From contig NC_067401.1 in NCBI RefSeq assembly GCF_016432865.1, positions 130,634,001-130,698,000 of the forward strand: a stretch of DNA of 64,000 nt. Direction: 5' to 3'. Each line of letters opens with the position of its first letter. Position 1 is the first letter of the stretch. This stretch comes from Antechinus flavipes (lineage: Eukaryota). The translations under genes were made by a program, and so were the position numbers. The notes below the pieces were generated by a model that saw only the letters and a list, made by a program, of their open reading frames with translations, made no database searches and had not been told where the DNA came from. Shown piece by piece: positions 11,229 through 29,672 of this stretch.

Positions 11229-12501
11229 TGGAAGACAACAAATCTTAACTAAAAGCAGTTTTTGTTGTTTTTTTGAGTGGCAGTAAGGTCAGGCTCTTAG
11301 CAGCATATGACTGGAAAATGAAAAGTATACTTGCAAGATGTAAATTGAGGAATTCCAGCCAACATATCAAAAACAAAAAACCCCCACCACTCCTAGAAGT
11401 GAGCATAGACTAAGTACCAATATGCAAAGTTTTTAAGGAATTGAGAATATCCTTCTGAAAATCAGAGATCATATCCTGGCAACATATCCCTGAGCCAGTC
11501 ACTTAATATCTTCTTGGTGTTCTCATTAACTCTCTAATACTAGAGTTGACAGAGAAATTCAAGATCTACAATGGTAAATGAAGGTCCTGGCTGGGCGCTC
11601 CCACACCAATGAAATCACAGGCACAGCATGCTACTAGGTTGGCTTTCTTATGACCCTTCCTTTGCACAAGGGAAAAGGAACAGCAAAGGGCATGGTGGTG
11701 CATCAGATAGAGCATCAATCAAGCCAGTTGGGACTGCTGCTGTCTGAGTCTTGGTTTGGCACTAACCAGCTAATGTGGCCTCGGACAAGTCGTTCTGCTT
11801 CTTGGGGTGTCAATTAGCTCCTCCATAAAACAGGAGTGTGGGTTCAGATGACCTTCCAGCTCAAACAACTGTAGGCCTCTTAAGTTCAATGCTGAGGAAA
11901 CTCTGTACCAACTGCATGAGAGCACAGCAGCCTCTACTGGCAGCTCTGAGAATCATCAGGAGAGCAAACAGATGCCAAAAGAGAAGGGGTGGGGAATTGG
12001 GAGGAGACCCTCAAGTCTCCTGGAAGTGCCATTTTTAACATAAACCAAGATAGATGGTGGGGCCATCAGAGAAAGGGTCTACCTTTTCCCCTAATACTGG
12101 AAGACAGTTGTTAGGTCAATCTTTTTATCACTTAAGGGGGAGTAGAGGTTGCTCACCTCATTTGTAGTCAGCCTAAGAGGTGTGTGTATGGAGATTGGCC
12201 TCAGTTGTCTGAGGATCGCACTGGGGTCTGTGACTTTAAAAAAAGGTCAAAGTACCTGTATTTTTAATAATTTCTTGACATGGTAAAAGGATTTTACATT
12301 ACGATCCAGGGAAGCTGGGATAGGATAAGGATTGGGGAAGCAGGGTTGGGGACATCAGAACAATCCAACAAACAAAAAAGCAAACAACACCAAGAAACAC
12401 ATGGTGGAGAGGGAGAAGGTAGGCTGGGAAGGGGACAGGCTCTAGGAGAGGCCCAACTAAAACACAGTTGGTTTGTTACTGAATATTATTCATGGGAAGA
12501 C
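11229..12501 (-). promoter_or_regulatory. Three miR-7 seed matches in the PSME3 3'UTR
   Basis: 8mer GTCTTCCA at 11229-11236 and 12098-12105; 7mer-m8 GTCTTCC at 12495-12501. Confidence 0.65.
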
Positions 12502-12776
12502 AATGTCCTGACTCCTTCACTATAACATAATGGAACAGACAGTGATGCATCCCAGGTGGAAACCAGCAGGAAAGTGAGGAACAGAGAAAAACAGAAGGGA
12601 AGATGGAAACACACATAGGAAAAGGGTTGATTGGCTGAAAAAAAGCAGACTTTCTCTGAGAGGTAACAGAGCTGAGGGAGGAGGGGAGAGGCTGAAGAAC
12701 CTGTAATAATGGAATATATCCAGAATTCTCAAGAGAAAGACAGCAACTCTTCCATGTTTCTGCTCCATCCCAGAGT

Positions 12777-12862
12777 TACGCACGCATGCGCATGTACACA
12801 TGCGCACACGCGCACATACATACACACACAGGCACACACACAGGCACGCACACACACACACA
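12777..12862. repeat. Complex alternating purine-pyrimidine (CA/CG/TA) tract
   Basis: 54 nt of perfect Y-R alternation at 12777-12830, followed by CA runs. Confidence 0.9.
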
Positions 12863-13686
12863 TGTCCTATCCTTCTTGGGAAAAAATATAAATAAAAATA
12901 TTCCAAAAGGAAGAAGCCCAAAAGTAGCATCTGGATCTAAGCTTCAGAAAACACCACCCCCCTCCCATAATTTTTAACTGATTTAAGAAGAACCAAACAG
13001 TTGGGGCAGCAATCTTTGTTACAATTCCCAACAAAACTTGAGTCACAGGACTGGTGGCTGCCCTCACCCTCTCCTCCCCATCTCTCTGTTCAGGTGAACA
13101 GACTGTGCCTCTCAGCTGAAGCCTCTTCCACTTTAGTCTGGACACCTGACTCTTGTTCCTAGAATGAACTTTTAAAGATGGGGGGGAGGGGGAGGAGTCT
13201 GGTAATAAGGTCAGGCGTATGTGTGGTGGCAAAGCTATATATGAAAAACTGAAAACCTCACAATAAAGACATTTTTTAAAAACGAGAAAGAGACAGTAGA
13301 AGGTATATTTCCCAAGGTCCCATGGTAGGGAGATACAATTTAGGAAATACAACCTCTTCCTCTTTCTTTCCCCATTCCCATAATCAAAGATCCTCTACGC
13401 CAGAGAGGCAACGGTAGCACCCCACCCCCCCAATTCCCTCAAAGAAAAACTAAATTCTTTCACTTCTGACTCCCCCAATATCTAACCAACTAACTGAAAA
13501 GGAGACAAACAGACCAAGATACCAGAGATGGGTTGGGGTGGGGAAAAGAGTTCAAGAGAAAGTGCATGTGTGCATGAACACACATATGCAAACACTCCAG
13601 AAACGAGTCTTGACAGGGCAAGTTGGGAATGGGCACTAGGGTAGGAGAGTTCCTGAGGCCTGAAATAAGAGGTAAACACGTCACAG

Positions 13687-13837
13687 NNNNNNNNNNNNNN
13701 NNNNNNNNNNNNNNNNNNNNNNNNNNNNNNNNNNNNNNNNNNNNNNNNNNNNNNNNNNNNNNNNNNNNNNNNNNNNNNNNNNNNNNNNNNNNNNNNNNNN
13801 NNNNNNNNNNNNNNNNNNNNNNNNNNNNNNNNNNNNN
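13687..13837. other. Assembly gap (151 N) in the proximal PSME3 3'UTR
   Basis: N run. Confidence 1.
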
Positions 13838-13842
13838 TGGCC

Positions 13843-16800
13843 TCAGTACAGCGTCTCTGCATTGCTGCTCCGGGGCCGCTTGATCTTCTCAATGTTTTTC
13901 AGGATCATGTCATGTAAAGTGACCTGAGAGAGAGGTTGGGGGAGGGGGAAGGAAAATCACCCACCTGGCTCTCATCCAGCCTAAGCATAGGGACTTCAAA
14001 CAGCTTTCAGGTAAGAGATGGGATCACTGGATATCAACCACCAACTTTATGGCCCTGAGCTCTCAGATGAGAATCAGACATGCCCATGCCCATGCCCATG
14101 CCCCCGCCCTCGCCGCCCCCCCCCCCCACTCCCATCCCCTGGAGATGAGTGCTGAGAGAAGCCAGGGCAACTGGAGAGTTATGTAGTAAAGGGGTCACTC
14201 ACGTATTGGTTCCTCAGTTCTGATATGATGAGCCGAAGGCTGATATATTCTTTCTCATCAATCTCTGTCACTGTGCGTCGATAGTCTTCCTGAAGAATAG
14301 GAAGAAAGGAAAGGAAAGGAAAGGAAAAGGAAAGGAAAGAGGAGTGGCTGTTTTTCAGGGCCAGGAGGAGGGTGGGCTTATTCAAGACTTTTCTCCCAAT
14401 TTCACACTTCTCATCCCCCCACCCAACAAAATTTTCTCACTTACCACATGGGGATATTTGGCTATTTTAGAAACCAATTTGGCTCTTGTAATGTAATATC
14501 TGGAATAAAAAAAAAAGAGGAAAGAGCAAGTAGTAGGAGGAGTCAAAGATTAACCCTATTCCCCAATCCCTGGGCCAGTCCCCAACAGTCTTACCTAGAA
14601 ATCTGGTCCAGATAAGATGCAGCTTCACTCTCCACAGTCCTTAGTTCTGCAACAGTCTCCTCCTATGTGGGATTAAAGGATGGATGTGTGAAAGCAAATC
14701 CATTCCTACTGACACCCCAAAGGATATCAGCTAGTAAGGCCCCAAAAAAGCAGATGAGAAAATGCTTGACTACGTAAGTAGACTTTCATTTAAGGATTTT
14801 ATTAGACAATCAACCAAGAACCTGTATTTTGCAAAAGTACAAAAGTAATGTTGGATACAAATGTAAAGATCACCAAATTTCTGCACTAAATGAAATAAAT
14901 TCCTTGAGGGCATATGATCTAGTTTATCATCTAATCAGAAGGCATTACCTGGATGGATACACCAAAGTTATTCCCATCTTCTATCCTGGGGATAAGGAGC
15001 TGAACCCACATTTTGACCTGGAAAGAAAACAAAGCAACATGAGAACATTACTTATGTGAAAACTACTACTGGGTGAAGGAAGAAAGGAAAAGAATCACTA
15101 AACACAAACTTGGCAGGGAAGCATCTACTGCCCTTCCACCTCAAAAATAAAAATAAGTAAAATACAAAACCACTTTCCTCTTCCCATTAAGACTTTTCCC
15201 CATCCACCATGATTTTCATTTCTACTCTGGCCTTACCGTATTGCATTTCTCGATCAATAGCCGGATTTCAGGTTTCACCTTTTCAATAATGTCCACCAGC
15301 TGCTGGTTGCTTTTTAACATCCCATTAGGCATCACAAATACCTTGGTACCTGGTAGGAAAAGAAACAATTTTTTTTTTCTGGTCTATAAGAGGTATAGAC
15401 ATTTTTCTCTCTTCTTCCCAAAGCCTCATAAGCCACCCTTCTCCTCCTCAGTACTCTCACCCACACAACCCCTGGACTTCCCCCAACACATGACCCTAAA
15501 GTCAGGTCAGGACTTCCCTTGCCTCAATGAAAAGCAGTTTTTGTGTGGCTCAAAATTCTAAATTCAGATACGTTCAATTCTAGAAAATTCAATCAGACTG
15601 TAGCACTCTGGATACCAAATCAACCAAGATGAGGCTTACGGGAATAGGTTTGGGGAAAAAGATAGTGCTCACCCTGGAAGGCCTCCTCACATTCATCCAA
15701 CTTCCTCTTCTTCAAAGTGGGCTAAGGACATGCAGAGGTTAAGTGTTATCCTCCTCAAAGACATCAATTTTTAAATTACTTTACCCTATTCTTCCCATAG
15801 AGTCCTGAAACCTAAATTGAAAGTCCCTCATTGTTGATTCCATTCAATTCAATAAACATTTATGTGCCTATGTCAATGGCACTGTGCTAAAATACCCCAG
15901 AGATAAAGACAGTAAACAATCTGTTCTCAAGAAATAATTTAATTGAAAAGACTAAGCTCATTAAAAGCAAATGATGGAGATGATTTGGTATTGACTTCAT
16001 TTAAATAAATACTAATAAGCACTTAAACAAAGAAATGATCAATGGGGGGTACTGAATTTATTTGGGAATTCTTGCTTTAGACCTATACTAGTTCTGTAAA
16101 TAGCTGATAGTTACATAGTGCCTCTTTTCAGATTTACAAAGTACATTACATATATTATCAAATTTTCATATTCAAAACTACAAGTCAGAAGGAAGGGTGA
16201 GCTTAGACAGCAACAACTTCCTAATCTTTGACAGAATGAGATACCAACTGGTTAAAAAAAAAAAGTCTTACCCAGGACCAGATATCTTATAACCTCTAGA
16301 GAATGCGTATGTTGATTTCAGTACTGTTGGATGTCACAACAGCTTTAGGAACAGGATAGTTAAGAGTCTTCTCATGTTACAAATACAGAAACAAGATGGA
16401 TTATGCTAAACTCTCAGAAAGTGGCTCCTAGTCCCTGAAATAGGTCTTTAATACAAACAGAACTCTGGTTTAGGTGCATCTATAGATCAACAACAGAGAG
16501 TAGTAAAGAGAAACTTACACCATCCAATCCGTCGTGGCTATTGGTAAGAAGGATAGGATCAGGGACAGGGAGATTCATGTCTGAGTGGATCTGGGTTAAA
16601 TCATGGATGTTTAAGATAGGCTCCTGGAAGGAGGAAAAAATATGTTTCTAAGTTAAATAGAAGTGTAAAGATGATTTAAGTGGAAAGATGAGGGGCTATG
16701 GGTATGGAATGTCACTGTCAGATGTGGTCACTGCTAGCTGCTTGTGCTTAACTATTTTTCTTCATTATAAGGAAGGACTCAGGGGAATAGAGGTACAATT

Positions 16801-18059
16801 ATATCTGGAAATGACTTCAATGTTAAAAGAAAAGGAATAAGAATTCTTTTTTGAGGTGCAAGGAAGGAGAATGTATGTGTTAGAATCAAACACAAAGCAG
16901 ACAATTCCAATTTGCTATGGAGTCCAGCATCCTGAGGGAACTGGGGATAAAGGTAGCTATAGAAGGGAAGGGAGGGAAAGGAAGTATCTCTCACCTTCAA
17001 AAAACTATCAAGTTCTAACAACTTCTTTGGGAAAAAATTTGCCACCAAGTCTTCTGCCTGAAAGGGACACAGTGAAGTTGACTTACTGCTTGCTGGAGGG
17101 CTCTTAGCATCCAATCTACACACTCCCCAGGTGACCTCTTTTGGGTATCCCCAACTAAATCAGTCTTCTCTTCCCACCCAGCAAGAAGCATCACTACATC
17201 ACTCACCTCACTTGTGATCCGCTCCCTGAAAGAATCAACCTGCAAAGGGCAAGAACATACATCAGAACTTCTTCCAGGGTCTGGTAGCAGGAGGAACAGG
17301 TGTTCTCAGAAGCAAAACAAACAAACAAAAAACCCTAAACTCCACAAATACACACCAAAAAACTGTTGCTGGTGCCTCTGCTCACCTTGTAGTTGTAATG
17401 AGAAGACGAGAGACCCCCAGATTCTAAGTATTTTATTTTTTTGAGGATCCATTTTTCCATCTTGGGGGTGGTACCCACGGAATAGGGGCCAACACTCGTC
17501 GGTTTTTCCTCCCTCCCTATGTCAGCTTGCTCTCAGGGGTAAGGGGGTTGTAGGAGAGTGGAGACTTGGGGGCTGTGATCTCACAAACGCATCCCCCAAC
17601 CCTCAGTGACGATGCGAGGGCAACCCCAAGCACCTGTGGGATGTTGGCCTCCGGAGGGGGGAAGGGGGTTGGCGCTGCACAATCGATAAAGGGAAGGTTG
17701 GTTTTCGCTGCGGCTTGCCTACGGAACCCGGCCCAACACGTGTCCGTCACCGCCTTCCCTCTCTCCTCCCTGAGCCCTGAGCCCAGCGCCGGTAGAAACT
17801 GCAGCGGCCCCAGAATAATAGCATCCCCGGGTGAAGCGACGCTCCGCCCGCCTCCAGGAAGAGCCGATGGCCAACCCGGGCTGGTAGCAGGATGGGGCGG
17901 GCCCGGGGCAGGGGGAGGGGGCGGCGGGATCGGAAGTCCCCCCGGGAGACAAAGGCGGCCGCCGCGGGGTCAGGAACCGGCCCGGCGGGGTCGCGGGGAG
18001 GAGGCGGGGGCTGCTACCTTGAGCTTCACTTCCTGATCCACCTTCAGCAGCGAGGCCAT
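13843..18059 (-). CDS. PSME3: Proteasome activator PA28gamma/REGgamma, 11 exons, 254 aa
   Basis: Exons 18059-18018, 17239-17207, 17057-16995, 16623-16519, 15721-15673, 15349-15237, 15017-14949, 14662-14595, 14499-14445, 14289-14203, 13923-13843 (765 nt). Reads MASLLKVDQEVKLKVDSFRERITSEAEDL...KRPRSSNAETLY*. Confidence 0.98.
17386..17460 (-). CDS. PSME3: Alternative N-terminal coding exon of PSME3 (MEKWILKKIKYLESGGLSSSHYNYK) inside intron 1
   Basis: Strong Kozak AAG ATG G, 25 open codons, phase-0 donor AAG|GTGAGC in frame with exon 2. 21/25 identical to the human isoform-3 N-terminus as I recall it (MEKWILKKIKYLQSGGLSASYYSYK). Confidence 0.8.
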
Positions 18060-18720
18060 GGCCGGGGCGGGCCGCGTCCGCTCCGCTGGGGGCTCCGGGA
18101 CGGGAAACCGGAGGACCTGGGCACAGGGGCAGGCTTTCGGCTTCCTTCGGGCCTCCGCCGGCCTGTCTGGCTCCCTCGCTTCCTCGCTGCCTGCCTCCCG
18201 GGCGCCTGCCTGCCTTCCTGCCTGCCTCCCTGCTCGCTCACTCGCTTGCCCGCCCGGCTTCCGCCGCTTACAGCGGAAGTCGCGTCACAGCCAATCGCCG
18301 GCAGGCTCTCGGGCGGCACGTGCCTGGCGCGCGCTCTTACGCACGCGTGCCCTAACGCGCGGCGCTAGCTCGGGCCGGAGGCCAAGGGACTGGGCTTTCT
18401 CTTGTCTCTAGTCACAGGACCAGCTCCGAGTAGAGAACTGGAGTCAGGGGCGACCTAGGAGGCTAACAATAGCTAGTGCCTTCCTCCTTTGGGTCTCAGA
18501 ACATTACGTGGCTAATGAGAGAGGCCAGAGGGGCCTCGGGCATCTTCGGCCGTCTTCACATCTCTGGTGGAGGCCAGGCGCCAGCGCGCTGTCGTGTGCC
18601 AATGACGTCAATATTGCGGGCCGGGTCCTGGGCTGTCAGTGGAACCCAGCAGGTGCATGCCTCGGGCCGGGGCGGGCTACTTCAGAGCCCTGGGATACTT
18701 GCCCAGGTGCCAATCTCTGG
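17560..18720. promoter_or_regulatory. PSME3 CpG island/promoter
   Basis: High GC and CpG density; ETS CGGAAGT 18274-18280, CCAAT 18291-18295, palindromic E-box GGCACGTGCC 18315-18324, full CRE TGACGTCA 18603-18610. Confidence 0.8.
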
Positions 18721-19554
18721 TGTGTGTTGAATAACCGCACTCATCTCGTCCCGTTTCATTTACCTTAATCTGGGAGCCTTCTGCAGACAGCGATAAGCTC
18801 ATCATCATCAATAGATTGAAAAAGTTGGTTTACAAAGGGAACTTGGGAGAATATCTCGTCCAATGCCAACGCCGTGCTTTTACAGATAAAGAAACTGACG
18901 CCTGCAGATGGAAAGTTGATCGATCAAAGTGGTAGAGCCAGGTCTAGGAACCATAGCCACAAACAAGAGACCACACCCTTTTCTAACAAGTTTAGGGCCA
19001 ATGCCATCGAAGTCATATGTCATTTTCTTTGGATTTCTCCCCTCAGCTCTTTATTTTGTAACTCTAAAATACACTTCCTTCTTATGTAATGTTTAGTACA
19101 GTTAAAGATATTTGGGTTTTACAACCCACTTGACTAATCTCTATGAGGGTCAAGGGTCTTCTCTATTTTTTTTTTTTAAATCTCAAGCACCTAAAAGCAG
19201 ATTGCTTTGCACTGGAGAAATCTCTTAATGTTTTTGAGCTGGACCTTGTGTCAGAAGAGAATTGGAATGATTAATGAGTATATATGCAAAGGATCTTCAC
19301 GGTTCTTTGAGTTAGTGGGACAGAGAAGTTGCACTGTTTGACTCTACAACCCAACATGGGTCTTTTCCTTGTGCTAGATTTAGAGTGAGGGAAATGAGTT
19401 CAAATTCAGCAGCTGATGTTTATTATTATTATTCATACTTAGCAGAAAGAAAAGTATAAAGAATAGCTTTATTTTATAGCCGTTTGAACACAACCCCTAT
19501 GATTATCCTATTTTAAGAGTGAAGGTACAGGTTTAGAAAAAAGTTAATTGTTCA

Positions 19555-19569
19555 GGGTCATCAGGGTCA
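19555..19569 (+). promoter_or_regulatory. Perfect DR3 nuclear-receptor element GGGTCA-tca-GGGTCA
   Basis: Read directly from the sequence; function untested. Confidence 0.35.
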
Positions 19570-20209
19570 TCAGCTGAATGTGAAACCAGGGTGGGTGTTG
19601 GCGTTTCCCCACACCCCCCCAAGTCAAATTCAGCCCTCCATTACACCTCATAAATTACTCATTCTTGAGAGCTCTTGTCAATTGGTCAGTAAGTATTTAT
19701 TAAACTTCTACCATGTGTCAGGCATTGTTCTAAATATTAGGGATCCAAAAAGAAACCAAAAGACAGTCCCTGTCCTTGCGTTCACAATTTAACACAAGAT
19801 AACAGGTAAATATGTACAAACAATCTATATACAGGAAGAATAGGAAATAATTGAGAAAAAAGGAACTAGTATTAAGAAAAGTTGGGAAAGGCTCCCTGTA
19901 GAAGATAGGATTTTAGTTGTACTTATAGGAAACTAGTGGGCAAAAATAAGGAGAGAGAACATTTGAGCTACAGAGAAGGGAGCAAAAAAAAAAAAAAACC
20001 TGAAGCTGAAAGATAGTGTCTTTTTTGTTTGGTGACAAAGAGGCCAAAGTCACTGAATAAAAGAATATGTCACTGAGAGTAAAGGTGTAGGACTACTTTC
20101 ATTAAGGGTATCTCATAGAAGACAGACTACTGTGCCAAATGCACTAACACCATTGATCTTTGTTTTCCCCTGCTTAATAGTATTTTTCCCAATTACATGT
20201 AAAAATAAG

Positions 20210-20830
20210 TCTCAGCATTCATTTTTATAAGATTTTGAGTTCAAAATCTTTCTTCTTCCCTCTTTTCTTTCCACTCTCCTTAAAAGAGAAAGCAGTCTGA
20301 TATAATTAAATATTTCCACATTAATCATGTTGTGAAGGAAGAATTCGAACAAAAGGGGAAAACTATAAGAAAGAAAAAAAGTGAAAAAAGTATGCTTTGA
20401 TCTGCATTCAGATTCCATAGTTTTTTCTCTGAAAATTTTCCTTCATGAGTCTTTTGGAATTGTCTTGGATCATTGTATTGTTGAAAAGAGCTAAATCCAC
20501 ATGTAGTTGATCATTGCGCAATGTTGCTGTTTCTGTGTTCTCCTGGTTCTGCTTGCCTCAGTCAACATCAGTTCACAGAAATTTCTTACAGTATTTCATC
20601 ACAATCACATACCACGACTTGTTCAGCCATTCCGCAGTTATTGGGTATCTCCTCAATTTCCAATTCTTTGCCACTACAGAAAGAACTGCTACAAACATTT
20701 GCATGTGTGGGTCCTTTTTCTCCTTTTTATGATCTCTTTGGGTTATAAACCCATCAGTGACACTGCTGGATCAAAGGGTACAGCACAGTTTTATAGCTGT
20801 AGTTCCAAATTGCTTTACAGAATGGTTGGA
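20210..20830 (-). mobile_element. Marsupial L1 3' end (ORF2 end plus 3'UTR)
   Basis: Reverse complement gives tccaaccattctgtaaagcaatttggaactac...ccctttgatccagcagtg and aactatggaatctgaatgcagatcaaagcatac. Confidence 0.8.
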
Positions 20831-21559
20831 TTAGATCTAAATTTTTGGATCTGTTTTATGCTCTTCTCCTCTGCCAGGGAATTTCGGATCATAGAATCTA
20901 AATTGGAATGGACTGCATCTAGTCCAATCCATATCTAATATCCTTTCAATAATACAACTGGTCCTACTCAGACCTAGACTCACTTTCTATCTTCCGAAAT
21001 AGCTTGTAGTTTTTGTTTGTTTTTTCAAGCACACATTTTCAACACACACATAAAGTTAAACTTTATGTTTTTCTGCTCTCTCAGAATCATGAATTTAGGT
21101 CCTCAGAGACTATCCAAGCCAAACTCTCTCATTTTATAATGGATGAAAAGGTCCAGAAGGGGTGTGATTTACCCAAGGTCACACAGGTCATGAATAGCAG
21201 AGGCAGCATCCAACTCAGATTCTGCGACTCCAAAAAATATCTTCTGACTTCAATCCTGACACTCAGGAAAGTCTGAAGGAATCTGGTTCAGTTAAGATTG
21301 AAAGGAAAGGGATTGATTGATGGGAAGGGCTGGAGAATTCAGAAATTTTCAATTGCTCCATTTTCCTTCCTCCAGTTCTTGTACTTGCCCGCAACTCTTG
21401 GGCTGTTCTATGGACTTAACTGCAGTTCTTAAATCTAAGCTGTGGAGGCCGCTGTCGCGCTCCTCTTACTCTGGGACCGAAGAGCCGAAGCTTGAGATTG
21501 GTGGGTGGAGTTCGCGTCTTTGAGTCCTTCGTCACATCCTTTGGAGGGCGGAAGTCCCG

Positions 21560-21716
21560 CCCAGTGAACCGGGAAGTAGGAGAGGGCCGAGATATCTGGG
21601 CTGTGGGCGATGGGGGTCGGGGAGACGGGAATCCTGGAGAAAGCCGGAGGTGTGAAGGTGCCACCGCGGTAGGCCCTACTCGGCCTGGCCTGGGCAGCGG
21701 ATTCTGGAACGTAGAG
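21560..21716 (+). other. BECN1: Probable non-coding exon 1 of BECN1 (5' end approximate)
   Basis: Follows the ETS/GC-box cluster; donor GAG|GTGAGG at 21717; acceptor cctcag|GGATG at 21953. Confidence 0.6.
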
Positions 21717-21954
21717 GTGAGGAGGCGGCGGCGGTGGTCCTGGACTGGGGCCCTGACCCTGGGGCGAGACCGACCTCGACCCCGCTGTCGCCTAGTTCGT
21801 GATTCTGCACCTCGGCCAAGAGTGGGCTCCCGGGCCCTGGGACTGGAAACTCCTTGGAACCCTGGGGTAGAGGGCTGGAGTGAGAATTCTAGGCCAGAGA
21901 AGCGCCCCCGGGAACCCCTACCCCACGCTGATCTACAGCCGGGTCCCCTCAGGG

Positions 21955-29549
<7,595 letters not shown>

Positions 29550-29664
29550 CATTTTCTTTTTTTTCCTCCATGAGAGAGAGAGTGAGGGAGTCTTCTGCCT
29601 TAATGGCTTTGGAATGTTTTATTGGCAGAAATGTTATATTCATTTAATATTAAACAGTACAATA

Positions 29665-29672
29665 TGTTTACA
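29665..29672 (+). promoter_or_regulatory. miR-30 8mer site (TGTTTACA) in the BECN1 3'UTR
   Basis: Exact 8mer; miR-30 repression of BECN1 is established in eutherians. Confidence 0.7.

Noticed and set aside
15018-15056. Human-type upstream acceptor at PSME3 exon 7 (13-aa insert isoform, recalled)
   Set aside because: No AG at -39 here and an in-frame TAA follows, so it is not conserved.
21864-21924. Possible mirtron or miRNA hairpin in BECN1 intron 1
   Set aside because: Only about 10 bp of pairing with a large loop, and it does not reach the splice site.
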